A stretch of 64,000 bases of DNA from Chloroflexota bacterium. GTDB taxonomy: Bacteria; Chloroflexota; UBA11872; VXNJ01. Positions 1 through 10,291 of this stretch are shown piece by piece (within the stretch, counting starts at the first letter, position 1; the number at the start of each line of letters is the position of its first letter). The position numbers were made by a program, and so were the translations under genes. The notes below the pieces were generated by a model. The model saw only the letters and a list, made by a program, of their open reading frames with translations, did no database searches and had not been told where the DNA came from. Where the stretch lies: positions 832,001 through 896,000 of the forward strand of contig OZ253449.1 of NCBI GenBank assembly GCA_965261345.1, in the 5' to 3' direction.

Positions 1-2
1 AC

Positions 3-488
3 GAACGGCGCGCCAACCTTATCTCGCGCCCGTTGAACGGGTCAGCATACCGAAATCTGCTGGCGCGATTGCGCGGTCACCTGGCCGTCGTCGAACGCGT
101 AGAGGTGTTCGCTGGCGACGGTCCCCCCGAAGCGTTAGTAACCCTCGGTGGGCCGGCCGGTCGAGTCGAACCGGCCGCCGCCGACCTGGCCGACCTGGCC
201 ACCCCGGTCGACCGGCTGCCGCCCGACTCGACCGGCGTGCTGGGTGGGGGCTCCCGACTCAGGATCCCGATCCGGGAAGGAACGATGGTCAATCTGCTGG
301 ACGGGAGGCCTCGCACGCGGTTCTGCGCTTTTCCGCTGCAGCGGATCGCCTATCTGAGCGCGGCCCGGAAATTGCCGGACCTGCCCGACGCCGACCAACT
401 GCTTTTGCCGCTGGCCGATCCCGCCGAATTGCGTGGCCCCAATCGCCTGCTGTTTGACGGGTTAGATCCCGAACAGCGCTTGCGGTAG
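3..488 (+). CDS. hypothetical protein, 5'-partial
   Basis: Frame is open from the window edge to TAG at 488; no family recognised. Confidence 0.4.
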   Translation, partial: ERRANLISRPLNGSAYRNLLARLRGHLAVVERVEVFAGDGPPEALVTLGGPAGRVEPAAADLADLATPVDRLPPDSTGVLGGGSRLRIPIREGTMVNLLDGRPRTRFCAFPLQRIAYLSAARKLPDLPDADQLLLPLADPAELRGPNRLLFDGLDPEQRLR

Positions 489-718
489 CCACGGACGACT
501 CGCTACCATTTCTCCAGCCGGCCTAGAGCGATGCGGCAGCATCTTTGGCCGGTCGGGCGCAATCGCGTCCCGGCTCCAATCCGCGCGGGTGGTAGCGACT
601 AAGAGCTGCCAGGGCGGAGGCGCCCAAAATCCCGATCACGGTCGGATCGATCAGGTCGATACAAGTCGACGGCCACCTAGAACTGGATCGCAGCTGGGAC
701 GCCAACGGGCAACTGCTA

Positions 719-1770
719 GGGCCTGTTGAAAAAGTCTCGGTCTGGACAAGCCCAATTTCCATTCCTACGATGTAGTTGACGGCGTCAATCAGCACTCGAG
801 GTAAGGGGGCATGCTCGAAGCCCTTGACCGCCATAAGCGCGACTCGGCGCCGTTTCATTTCACCACCAGGCAGCTACGTGATTTCATCGACCCCAATCGC
901 CGGCTGCTGAAAGATCGATGATTCTTTCGACATTGGCGAACTGCTGGATCACGTCCCCTGGAGTGGTGTAAGAACACCAGCTTGATCAACTAAGCCAACG
1001 CGATGACAAAGGGCCATCGTGTAAACCTCTACGGAGTCACTTCACTTACTTCGTCGAGGAACCATCGATGGCCCAACTTGATTATCAGACCTTGCTTGCC
1101 CTTATCGCCAAGCAAGGGTTTGACACCAGCGAATTCGTCCGCAGCGCCGTACGGCACGCCTACCAGGAACTTATTGACGCCGGCCTGGCCGAAAACATCG
1201 GTGCCCAACCGCAACACCAACAGCTATCAATTTGTGGCCCTGCAAAGGGACTGCCAAGCCTGCCCGATCAAGACTGGTTGCCTGCAAAAGAATCAACTAC
1301 GACGATCGGTTGGAGTAAGCCCCCATTACGAGGCCATTGCCAGGGCCCGGAAGCGCAACGCCACCCCTACCTACCTGGCCCACAAAAAAGCTCGCTCGCA
1401 TGTGGTCGAGGGGGTGTTCGCCCACCTGGACCAATTGGGATTTAGAAGGGCCCGGGTGCGCGGATTACACAAAGTGGACGGCGAAGCGTTCATCGCTTCC
1501 CTGGCCCCCAACCTTGGCAAGGCGATGCGTAAGCTGGCGCCCAATCCAGTCACAGGGCCAGTGATGGCGACTTGAAGTGGTGGAGGCGGTAAATAATTCC
1601 GGCCAATTACGGGCAAATTGCTCCATGACGACCGCAATTGGGCGATTTAGCCGCGTGGTGACGTATCTGACGCGGCAGGAACTGGTTGACCGAACCCAAT
1701 CGGGGCGCAGTATCAAAAAAATCAGCGGCGGCTGAAATTACCGCCGAATTGCCTGATTTTCAACAGGCCC
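719..1770 (+). mobile_element. IS1182-family insertion sequence remnant (internally deleted)
   Basis: Perfect 14-bp terminal inverted repeats GGGCCTGTTGAAAA (719-732) / TTTTCAACAGGCCC (1757-1770). C-terminal transposase segment DCQACPIKTGC...RSHVVEGVFAHL...GFRRARVRGL at about 1225-1575; N-terminal fragment near 870-950. Confidence 0.75.
960..1222 (+). mobile_element. IS256-family transposase N-terminal fragment nested in the IS1182 remnant
   Basis: ORF from 1068 with SD GAGGA (MAQLDY...VRSAVRHAYQELIDAGLAENIGA) resembles IS256 N-termini and then stops being transposase-like; boundaries approximate. Confidence 0.5.
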
Positions 1771-1801
1771 CTGTTAGCGACCGCCAGGCAGTAGCAACCG
1801 C

Positions 1802-3235
1802 TTAGTGCCCAGCGATGCTGGGGTTGGCTCTTTCGCGCCGCATCCGCCAGAAGGAGAGTCCCCCGGCCGCAATCATGATTACGGCCGCGAGCCGGAATCC
1901 GATCGCAAAATTGTCCGCCTGAAGCTGGAGCGGTGCGTCGATCGCCCGCGCCCCCGAAAACTCCAATAACACCAGAAATGCGAATAGGCCGCCCCAGAAT
2001 GATTGTCCGGCACCGAAACCAAAGGTCCGCGAGGCGGCGATGAAGGCACCGGCGGTCCCCAGCTGGGTGCGCGGCACCGAACCCATGATGATCGAATTGT
2101 TGGCCGTCTGGATCAATCCGGTTGCCAACCCCAGTAACAGCAATCCCACGATCGCCGGCAGCAGTGATTGATCCGGTCCAGTCAGGGCAAAAACCAGGTA
2201 GGCGGCAGCGGCGATCGGGAAGCCGATGGTTCGCGGCAGATCGTTACCGATGCGATCGGCCCACCAGCCGATCAGGGGCGCCGACAGGCCGCCGACCGCC
2301 GGGTAGATGGCCATAAGCATGCCCACCTGGAATGCCGAAATGCCCATGACCCGTTCCAGTACAAACGGTCCGTTGAGCATGATTGCGGCCATGCAGCCAA
2401 ACCCGGCCAGGCCCACAACCACGCCGGTTGAAAAGTCTGCCCGTTTGAACAACTTCAAATCCAGCAGCGGGTTCGGCGCGATCTCGGTGCGGACTGCAAA
2501 ACTCGCCCCGAACGCCCCGAACGCCGCCAACGCGATGCCCACCTCGGGGGTCAGGCCCTGGGCAAATCCGCGATTGATCGCAAAGATCAGCGGGGTCACC
2601 CAACCCAGGAGGAGGACCGCCGAGAGCACGTCGAAATTGCCCTCGCCGGTACCGGGCAGGTGCGGGACGGCGGCGATCGCCAGGACCAAGGTTGCGGCCG
2701 CGAGTGGAACCAGCGCAAAGAACATCCAGCGCCAGTCAGCCAACTCGATCACTGTCCCAGCCAGCAATGGCCCGATGGCCAGCCCGAGCGCGGCCAGGGT
2801 AAACCAGAGTCCGATTGCCCGGCTGCGCTGGGCGGGCGGAAAGACCGCAACCAGGATCGCGGTCCCGTTCGATTGCATCAGCGCGGCGCCGATCGCCGCC
2901 GCCACCCGGCCGGCGATCAACCAGCCGATATCCGGGGCCAGCCCACAGGCCAGCGAGGCCACCCCGAACACCGCCGCTCCGAGGACGAACGCGCCGCGCC
3001 GCCCATAGATGTCGCCATATCGGCCGGTGGTCAGATGCAGACTGGAGACGACGATGAAAAAGATCAACGCCACCCATTGAACGGTGGTTATGTCGGCGGT
3101 AAATTCATCGGCCAGCGTCGGCAAGGCGACATTTACCATCGACGTCGTAATCGTGGCCAGCATGGTCGAAACGCCAACCGCCACCAGCACCATATAGCGC
3201 CGTTCCCGCGAGAACGTTGGGGATCCCTCGGTCAA
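1802..3235 (-). CDS. MFS transporter, DHA2 (EmrB/QacA) type
   Basis: 477 aa, about 14 hydrophobic segments, motifs VNVALP and GRYGDIYGRR. Confidence 0.9.
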   Translation of the reverse strand: MTEGSPTFSRERRYMVLVAVGVSTMLATITTSMVNVALPTLADEFTADITTVQWVALIFFIVVSSLHLTTGRYGDIYGRRGAFVLGAAVFGVASLACGLAPDIGWLIAGRVAAAIGAALMQSNGTAILVAVFPPAQRSRAIGLWFTLAALGLAIGPLLAGTVIELADWRWMFFALVPLAAATLVLAIAAVPHLPGTGEGNFDVLSAVLLLGWVTPLIFAINRGFAQGLTPEVGIALAAFGAFGASFAVRTEIAPNPLLDLKLFKRADFSTGVVVGLAGFGCMAAIMLNGPFVLERVMGISAFQVGMLMAIYPAVGGLSAPLIGWWADRIGNDLPRTIGFPIAAAAYLVFALTGPDQSLLPAIVGLLLLGLATGLIQTANNSIIMGSVPRTQLGTAGAFIAASRTFGFGAGQSFWGGLFAFLVLLEFSGARAIDAPLQLQADNFAIGFRLAAVIMIAAGGLSFWRMRRERANPSIAGH

Positions 3236-3290
3236 ATGGCCCCCGTAGCCTGGATGTCGCTGGGCAGATCGTCCAAAGCGTACGCGTGAC

Positions 3291-3367
3291 TGGTCGGGGC
3301 GGCCGGATTTGAACCGGCGACCTCATCGTCCCGAACGATGCGCGCTACCAAACTGCGCCACGCCCCG
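3291..3367 (-). tRNA. tRNA-Pro(CGG)
   Basis: Cloverleaf CGGGGCG...CGCCCCG-ACCA; anticodon arm CATCG-TT-CGG-GA-CGATG; GGTTCAAATCC T-arm. Confidence 0.95.
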
Positions 3368-3504
3368 CGTCAAGCGTTGCGACCGGGACTGGCACATGCG
3401 CCCGCAAAGGAGCTTTGAGTACCGGCCGGCCGACTGCCCATTATCTGAAACCGACCGCATCCGGCAAGGATCGCCAATATGACCGGAAATGTTTCGGTTC
3501 TAGA

Positions 3505-5139
3505 TCAGTTCATTTCGATCGGACGCGGCAGCTGGGCCGGAACGTGCACCAATGCCGGCCCTCCTTCAGAGATTGCCCGCTGCAGGGTATGGGTAATCTG
3601 CTCCGGTCGGCAACGGTAGGCATTGACGCCGAAGGCTCTGGCGTAGGCCACGTAATCTGGGTTTGCCAGGTCGACCTCAAACGCCTCGCCGTATAGGTGT
3701 TGCATGCCCTGTTTGATGACCCCGTAGGCCGAATCGTCGAATACAACCGCCACCACCGCCAGGTCGTGGCGCACCGCGGTGGCCAGTTCCTGCCCGGTAA
3801 AAAGGAAACCGCCGTCCCCGGCAAGTGCTACTACCGGCACATCGGGCATGGCCGCCTTGGCGCCAAGGGCGACCGGATAGGAGTAACCCAGCGCGCAACC
3901 GGTCATCCCGTAGATCCATTTGCGCGGTTGGTCGATCGGCAGAAAGGGCCGGCACCAGTAACCTGCCACATGCGGGTCGGCGGTGATGATCGCCTCGGCC
4001 GGAATTCCCGCGCGGATGTTGCGCACCAGCTCCATCTCGGTTGAGGCGTGATCGTTCATGAAGGCAAACACCCGCGCACGGGCGTTCTGCGCTTGTTTGA
4101 CCCAACCATCATGGTTGTCCTGACCGGGACCGAGCGCCGCCAGCAGCCCCTCGAGTGCCAGTGCGGCGTCGGCACAAATCCCGATTTCGGCCGGATAGTT
4201 CTTGCCCGGTTGATTCGGATCGATGTCAACGTGGATCAGTTTTTCGCCAACCGGCATTGACCACATCCGCGTCGGGTTGGCGCCGAAGGCGGTGCCGACC
4301 GCCAACATCACATCGGACTGTTCCAACAGACGCTGGACCGGCCCGAATCCGAAGAGTGAACCCACGTGCAGGCGATGGTCGTCGGGAATTACACCCTTGC
4401 CGGTATTGGAGGTGACCACCGGCGCATCGAGCCGTTCGGCCAGGGCCCGGAATTGATCCCAGGCGCCCCCGGTCATCACCCCGCCGCCGGCCCAGAGCAG
4501 GGGGCGTTTGGCCTGGGCGAGCAGACGCGCCGCCCGCTCGATGTCGGACGGGTCGCCCCTCGGGAGTCGGGCCGGGGCCGGCGGCACGACGTCCACCGGG
4601 CCCTCGGCCAGGTGGACGTCGTGGGGAACTTCAATGGCCACCGGGCGGGGGCGGAGCTCACGCATACGCCGAAACCCCTCGCGGATTGCCCCCGGAATGG
4701 CCGCCGGCGACTGGACCTGGGTATTCCATTGGGTCAGACCGGCAAAGAGCTGTTGCTGGTTTTTGATTTCGTGCAGGAAGCCCACGTCGCGATAGAGCAG
4801 ATTGCGCGCTTCCTCGGCCATGACGACCATGATCGGCGAGGAATCGGCATGCGCCTGGGCCAATGGCGTGGCCGCGTTCAAGGCCCCGGGTCCCGGCGTG
4901 GTCAGGGCGACCCCGGGTTCGCCGCTGGCGCGGGCGGCCCCGATCGCGGCGAACCCGGCGCCCTGCTCGTGTCGGACCAGGATGTGGCGAATGCTCCCGT
5001 CGCGCGGTAGCGACGCATACAGGTGCTGAGTGTGCACACCGGGAATCCCGAATACAAGCTTTACGCCCTGGGCCAAAAGCCCCTTAACGACGGCTTCCGA
5101 GCCATTCATTACGGTTGCCGGGGTTGTCTGGGCTACCAA
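3505..5139 (-). CDS. thiamine pyrophosphate-binding enzyme (acetolactate synthase-like, probably catabolic)
   Basis: FGIPG, RHEQGA and GDGG...D TPP motifs; 544 aa. Confidence 0.9.
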   Translation of the reverse strand: MVAQTTPATVMNGSEAVVKGLLAQGVKLVFGIPGVHTQHLYASLPRDGSIRHILVRHEQGAGFAAIGAARASGEPGVALTTPGPGALNAATPLAQAHADSSPIMVVMAEEARNLLYRDVGFLHEIKNQQQLFAGLTQWNTQVQSPAAIPGAIREGFRRMRELRPRPVAIEVPHDVHLAEGPVDVVPPAPARLPRGDPSDIERAARLLAQAKRPLLWAGGGVMTGGAWDQFRALAERLDAPVVTSNTGKGVIPDDHRLHVGSLFGFGPVQRLLEQSDVMLAVGTAFGANPTRMWSMPVGEKLIHVDIDPNQPGKNYPAEIGICADAALALEGLLAALGPGQDNHDGWVKQAQNARARVFAFMNDHASTEMELVRNIRAGIPAEAIITADPHVAGYWCRPFLPIDQPRKWIYGMTGCALGYSYPVALGAKAAMPDVPVVALAGDGGFLFTGQELATAVRHDLAVVAVVFDDSAYGVIKQGMQHLYGEAFEVDLANPDYVAYARAFGVNAYRCRPEQITHTLQRAISEGGPALVHVPAQLPRPIEMN

Positions 5140-5331
5140 CGATCGTGCTCCAAACTGGTTGAGTATTTTGCGGACTGCTTTGATTTAATGCTCGCCGGCA
5201 ATTCCAAGGCGCCCAAAAATGCGCACTGCGAAAGCCGGATAGAGCCGAATTGGAAGCCCCTGCAACTTCACTTTCCGGCCAGTTTGCTGTTATATTGCTT
5301 CAAATCGGAAATCCTCCGCAACGGAACCGCA

Positions 5332-6435
5332 ATGGCTATTGCACCAGAACTTAGGTCCGGCCGACCGCAGGCGAGTAAAGCCGCGGTCTCGTTAGTTGAC
5401 GTCGACGTACACAACTACGTGCCCACCGCGAGCGCACTCTACCCGTACATGACCGAACGCTGGTCCTACTACTGCCAGCACACCAACTTCGAACGACCAC
5501 CCGCCGACTTTTACCCGCGGTTCTATCGGAACGCGGCGCGGCGCGATGCCTTTCCGCCAGGGGGAATTCCGGGATCGGACTCGGCCTTTTCCGCCCAGCA
5601 GCTGCTCGATCGTTACGGGATCGACTACGGGATCCTTAACTGCCTTTATCCCAGTTACAAGATGTTCAACATCGATTTGGCCAACGCCCTCACCAAAGCG
5701 GTCAATGATTGGCAGATCGAACACTGGCTGGAAGCGGACCCCCGCTGGCGCGCCTCGATATTGATCAATCCGCATGACATTAATTTTTCGATCGAGGAAA
5801 TCAAGCGCTGCGCCCAGCACGGTGGCTATGTCCAGGTAATGATGCTGGCGCGGACCCATGCGCCGCTCGGCCGCCGCGAGTTCTGGCCGATCTATGCCAC
5901 CGCCCAGGAATTGGGCCTGCCGATCGGAATTCACTTCGGCGGCGGACTGACCAGCCCGATAACACCTTCGGGCTGGCCGTCCTACTACATCGAAGACCAC
6001 ACCGGCATGGCGCAGGCGTTCCAGTCGCAGGTACTCAGCCTGGTCTGTGAAGGGGTGTTCGTTGAATACTCGAAGCTCCGGGTTGTCCTAATCGAGGGCG
6101 GTTTCGCCTGGATGCCACCGCTGATGTGGCGCCTCGACAAGAACTGGAAAGGCCTACGCGGCGAGATCCCGTGGCTTACCAAACCGCCGAGCGATTACAT
6201 TCGCGAACACATCCGCTGCTCGACCCAGCCGATGGAGGAACCAGCCGATCCGAGGCACGTGGCGCAGATCATCGAAATGCTCGGCACCGATGATTTTCTG
6301 CTCTTTGCCACCGACTATCCGCACTGGGACTTTGATTCGCCCGAGCGCTCGCTGCCGGCAAATATCGGCAAGCGAATGCGCGAGCGGATCTTTAGCCAGA
6401 ACGCCCTCGCCATCTACGACTTTGAGCGAGGTTGA
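5332..6435 (+). CDS. amidohydrolase family protein (amidohydro_2 type)
   Basis: DVDVH, IHFGG, EGGFAW and FATDYPHWD motifs; start placed at ATG 5332. Confidence 0.85.
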   Translation: MAIAPELRSGRPQASKAAVSLVDVDVHNYVPTASALYPYMTERWSYYCQHTNFERPPADFYPRFYRNAARRDAFPPGGIPGSDSAFSAQQLLDRYGIDYGILNCLYPSYKMFNIDLANALTKAVNDWQIEHWLEADPRWRASILINPHDINFSIEEIKRCAQHGGYVQVMMLARTHAPLGRREFWPIYATAQELGLPIGIHFGGGLTSPITPSGWPSYYIEDHTGMAQAFQSQVLSLVCEGVFVEYSKLRVVLIEGGFAWMPPLMWRLDKNWKGLRGEIPWLTKPPSDYIREHIRCSTQPMEEPADPRHVAQIIEMLGTDDFLLFATDYPHWDFDSPERSLPANIGKRMRERIFSQNALAIYDFERG

Positions 6436-6778
6436 CGTAGGCGCGGTCGAGGACTTCCCGCTCGGAAAAATAACCGCGGCCAACCTGAGCGGCCGTGGGA
6501 TTCTGATCGTGCGCAACCGGGACGGCGTCTTCGCCTTGCGCGACATCTGTCCGCACCAGGGCGCGATGCTCTCGCGCGGAACCCTGACCGGCGAACTAAA
6601 TTACTGCGGGACTGGCCGGATCGAGCTTGCCAATTTCGGCAGCGTCCTAAAGTGCCCCTGGCACGGTTGGGACTATTCGCTGGCGAGCGGGCAAGCCGTG
6701 GGCGGCAACCGCAACGCCAGGGTGCGCTCCTATCGGGCCCGCGAAGCCGACGGCCGCATCATGGTCGACCCCGGTTAG
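6422..6778 (+). CDS. Rieske [2Fe-2S] ferredoxin
   Basis: CPHQG and CPWHGW ligands; TTG start overlaps the upstream gene end. Confidence 0.85.
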   Translation: MSEVDVGAVEDFPLGKITAANLSGRGILIVRNRDGVFALRDICPHQGAMLSRGTLTGELNYCGTGRIELANFGSVLKCPWHGWDYSLASGQAVGGNRNARVRSYRAREADGRIMVDPG

Positions 6779-6887
6779 GGCTCCCGCCGGGCCACCATTT
6801 GATTAATCTTTGATGGGGTCGGGTTGTGCGCAGCCCGGTACGCGCCCTAATCGGTCCGACAACGACAACTGAGAGGAATGAGCGCCC

Positions 6888-7526
6888 TTGGCCAGCAACC
6901 AGCCAGCCAATCCCAAAATCCAGGATCCGCTTTTGGTGCGACTGGGTGAGAAGAACGGCGCGCTCGACATCCTCACCACCACCGCCGACAAACTTTTTTC
7001 TTGGTGCATGGCCAATTCGCTGTGGCCGCTAACCTTTGGCCTGGCGTGCTGCGCGATCGAATACATGGCATCGGCCGCCCCAATGTACGACACCGACCGA
7101 TTCGGAGTCATTCTGCGCTCTTCACCACGGCAGAGCGACGTGATGGTGGTGGCCGGCACGGTGACTAACAAAATGGCCCCGGTGGTACGGCACCTCTATG
7201 AGCAGATGCCCGATCCCAAGTACGTTATCGCGATGGGGATCTGCACCATTGCGGGCGGTCCGTTCCGCACCTACAACACCTTGCAGGGTGTGGATCGAAT
7301 CGTTCCGGTGGACGTGCATGTGCCCGGTTGCCCGCCGCGGCCCGAAGCCCTAATCGATGCCATTCTGCTCCTCCAGCAAAAGATCAAGAAAGAGGGCGTC
7401 CTGCGCTGGAAGCCTCCAGAGTTGCCGCCGCGTCCATCGGGAATCGGCCACTCGCTCGAGGCCCCCTTGCCCGGCGAGAGCATCTCGCGGGTGCCCCGGG
7501 GAATGCTGCCGGCCCACCGCGGATAG
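6888..7526 (+). CDS. nuoB: NADH-quinone oxidoreductase subunit B
   Basis: [14 protein letters not shown] and VPGCPPRPE motifs. Confidence 0.9.
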   Translation: MASNQPANPKIQDPLLVRLGEKNGALDILTTTADKLFSWCMANSLWPLTFGLACCAIEYMASAAPMYDTDRFGVILRSSPRQSDVMVVAGTVTNKMAPVVRHLYEQMPDPKYVIAMGICTIAGGPFRTYNTLQGVDRIVPVDVHVPGCPPRPEALIDAILLLQQKIKKEGVLRWKPPELPPRPSGIGHSLEAPLPGESISRVPRGMLPAHRG

Positions 7527-7542
7527 ACGGGCGATCCGGCCG

Positions 7543-9108
7543 CTAGGCCGACCGCCGCCGGGCATGGATCGCGTATTCGTACCCGTCAATTAGGGCCGAC
7601 CAAGAGGCCTCGACAATATTTGAAGAACTGCCGACCGTATTCCACACGCGCTCGCCATCCGTCATCGAGATCAGGACCCGGGTGTGGGCGTCGGTGCCCG
7701 AATCCGGATCGAGAATCCTCACCCTGTAGTCGGACAGATGCACACCGGAGAGCATCGGATAGGCGGGTAGGATCGCCTTACGCAGGGCTCCGTCAAGGGC
7801 CGAGACTGGACCGTTGCCGTCACCCGCGGTGTGTGAGCCGACCCCGTCAACCTGTAGCTTGACCACCGCTTCCGAGATCGCCGAATCGGCCCCCCGAGTT
7901 TGGGTAAAGGCCAGGAAATCAATCAATCGGAACGGCGCAGAATATCCCGGCTGGCGGCGCATCAGCAGCAACTCGAACGACGCCTCAGCGCCCTCGAACT
8001 GGTAGCCTTCGGCTTCGAGCAGTTTTACGGCCGCCAGCGTCTCGGCCGCCCCCTCCTTGGACTGCAGAATGCCCAGGCGCTCCGCGGCGGCGGAGATGTT
8101 CTTGGACCCGGAAAGTTCGGAAATGAGAATTCGTTGGCGGTTTCCAACCAGGGCCGGATCAATGTGCTGGTAGGCATGTTCAAACTTGCTTGAGGCCGAG
8201 GCGTGGTACCCGGCCTTGTGGGCAAACGCCGAGTGACCGACGAATGGTTGGTGCTGGTTGGGGGTGAGATTGGCCAACTCTGAAACCAGGTGTGAGAGTT
8301 CGGTCAGAGTGCCCAGGCTGTCGTCTGACATGCTGCTGCGGTCAAGTTTTAGGCGCACGGTCGGGATGATCGAGCACAGATTCGCGTTTCCGGTCCGTTC
8401 CCCGATCCCATTGATCGTTCCGTGGACTCCACGCGCCCCGGCGTTGATCGCCGCTACCGTCACCGCGACCCCCATGTCCAGGTCGTTATGGGCGTGAATT
8501 GCCACCGGAACCGAGAATTTCGAGACCACCCGTCGGGTTATATCCCGGACCTGATCAGGCAGAGTCCCGCCGTTGGTATCGCACAGTGCCAGCCAGCTGG
8601 CACCGGCATCGGCGGCAGCGCCCAGCGCCGCCAGCGCGAAATCGGGATCTTCCAGGAATCCATCGAAGAAATGCTCGGCGTCCAGGATCACTTCCTTGCC
8701 GCCGGCGACCAAATAGGCGACCGTGTCGGCGATCATTGCCAGACCTTCGCGTGCGTCCGTCTCGAGGATGTTTTGCACCTGGAAGAGCGAGCTCTTGGCG
8801 ACGATCGCACAGGCCGGCGCCGCTGAACCGGCTACCGCCTGCACCGCGGAGTCGTCTTCGCATATTGATCCCTTGTAGCGCGTCGCGCCGAAGGCGGTCA
8901 ATTTGGCAGATTGCCAGGTCATCTTCTCGGCGCGGCGAAAAAACTCTTCATCCTTGGGATTGGCGCCGGGAAAGCCGCCTTCGATGTAATCGATCCCGAA
9001 CCGGTCGAGCGCCCGGGCAATGTTGAGCTTGTCGGAAACCGAGAACGAGACGCCCTCGGTTTGCGCACCGTCGCGCAGGGTGGTATCGAGATAGAAGATT
9101 TGGGTCAT
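7543..9108 (-). CDS. cimA: citramalate synthase
   Basis: DTTLRDGAQTEG, DAEHFFDG, LCDTNGG, HAHND motifs and LeuA-type C-terminal domain. Confidence 0.9.
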   Translation of the reverse strand: MTQIFYLDTTLRDGAQTEGVSFSVSDKLNIARALDRFGIDYIEGGFPGANPKDEEFFRRAEKMTWQSAKLTAFGATRYKGSICEDDSAVQAVAGSAAPACAIVAKSSLFQVQNILETDAREGLAMIADTVAYLVAGGKEVILDAEHFFDGFLEDPDFALAALGAAADAGASWLALCDTNGGTLPDQVRDITRRVVSKFSVPVAIHAHNDLDMGVAVTVAAINAGARGVHGTINGIGERTGNANLCSIIPTVRLKLDRSSMSDDSLGTLTELSHLVSELANLTPNQHQPFVGHSAFAHKAGYHASASSKFEHAYQHIDPALVGNRQRILISELSGSKNISAAAERLGILQSKEGAAETLAAVKLLEAEGYQFEGAEASFELLLMRRQPGYSAPFRLIDFLAFTQTRGADSAISEAVVKLQVDGVGSHTAGDGNGPVSALDGALRKAILPAYPMLSGVHLSDYRVRILDPDSGTDAHTRVLISMTDGERVWNTVGSSSNIVEASWSALIDGYEYAIHARRRSA

Positions 9109-9192
9109 GTGGTTACGGGCAATTTTCGAGAGGAAAGGGATGTTGGCGGGGAAAGTTGGGCGCTTCCGAGCGCCCGATCCGGATCGGTGGAC

Positions 9193-10281
9193 CTAGGCGG
9201 TCGCCGCTACGCCCAACCGCGCAATGATGGCTTCGCCCATGTCGGTGGTACCGACATGTGACGAACCCGCCTCCTTGATGTCCCGCGTGCGCAGGCCGTC
9301 ATCGAGCGCCATTGCCACCGCGTCCTCGACCGCCCGGGCCGCGTCCTCAAGCCCACAGGTGAGGCGCAGCAGCATTGCCGTCGAAAGGATCGCCCCGATC
9401 GGGTTGGCGATACCCTGGCCGGCGATGTCAGGGGCTGCGCCGTGGATCGGCTCATACAATCCGCGGGTCCCGTCGCCCAGGCTGGCCGAGGGCATCATCC
9501 CCAGCGAGGCCGAGAGCACCGCCATCTCATCGGTGATGATGTCACCGAACATGTTTGTCGTAACCACCACGTCAAAATCGCGCGGCGACAAAATCAGCCG
9601 CATCGCGAAGGCGTCAACCAGGATTTGGTCAAAACCTATTCCGGGGTATTGGGCCGCCACCGATGACATGACCTCGTGCCAGAAGGCCGATGATTCGAGC
9701 ACGTTTTGCTTGTCCACCGAGGTGACCTTGCCGGAGCGGGAAGCGGCCATCTGGAAGGCCCTATGGCCTATTCGTTCAACTTCCGATTTGCGGTACAGCA
9801 GGGTGTCGCGGGCGGCCGGTTCACCATCAACTGTCAGGCGGCCGCGGGGCGTTGCGTAGTAAATGCCGCCGGTCAGCTCCCGCAGGACCACCATGTCCAC
9901 GCCGCGTAAGATCTCGGGCTTTACCGGCGACGAATCGATGATCGGTTCAAAGATCCTCAGTGGACGAATGTTGGTCCACAGGCCGAGCTCGGTGCGCAGC
10001 GCCAGCACCGCGCGCTCTGGATGCCGACCGTTGACCGCCGCTCCGCCGGCCACGCCGCAGGCGCCCAGCAAGACCGAATCGGCAGCTTGGCACTGATCGA
10101 TCACCTCATCGGTGATCTCTACCCCTGAAGCGGCAATTGATGCAGCCCCGATGAGAACCTGGCTAAAACTAAACCGCGCGCCAAAATGCTGACCGACCGC
10201 CTCAAGGGTGCGGCGCGCTTGGGCGACGACTTCGGGTCCGATGCCGTCGCCGGCAGCCAGGACGATGTGATGTGAGGCCAT
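9193..10281 (-). CDS. leuB: 3-isopropylmalate dehydrogenase
   Basis: GDGIGPE, RELTGGIY, NMFGDI, EPIHGAAPDIAG motifs; start at ATG 10281. Confidence 0.95.
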   Translation of the reverse strand: MASHHIVLAAGDGIGPEVVAQARRTLEAVGQHFGARFSFSQVLIGAASIAASGVEITDEVIDQCQAADSVLLGACGVAGGAAVNGRHPERAVLALRTELGLWTNIRPLRIFEPIIDSSPVKPEILRGVDMVVLRELTGGIYYATPRGRLTVDGEPAARDTLLYRKSEVERIGHRAFQMAASRSGKVTSVDKQNVLESSAFWHEVMSSVAAQYPGIGFDQILVDAFAMRLILSPRDFDVVVTTNMFGDIITDEMAVLSASLGMMPSASLGDGTRGLYEPIHGAAPDIAGQGIANPIGAILSTAMLLRLTCGLEDAARAVEDAVAMALDDGLRTRDIKEAGSSHVGTTDMGEAIIARLGVAATA

Positions 10282-10291
10282 GCTGCAGCGA

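Noticed and set aside
9109-9192. Hairpin and pyrimidine tract upstream of cimA as a possible Ile attenuator
   Set aside because: No uORF or Ile codon run was found.
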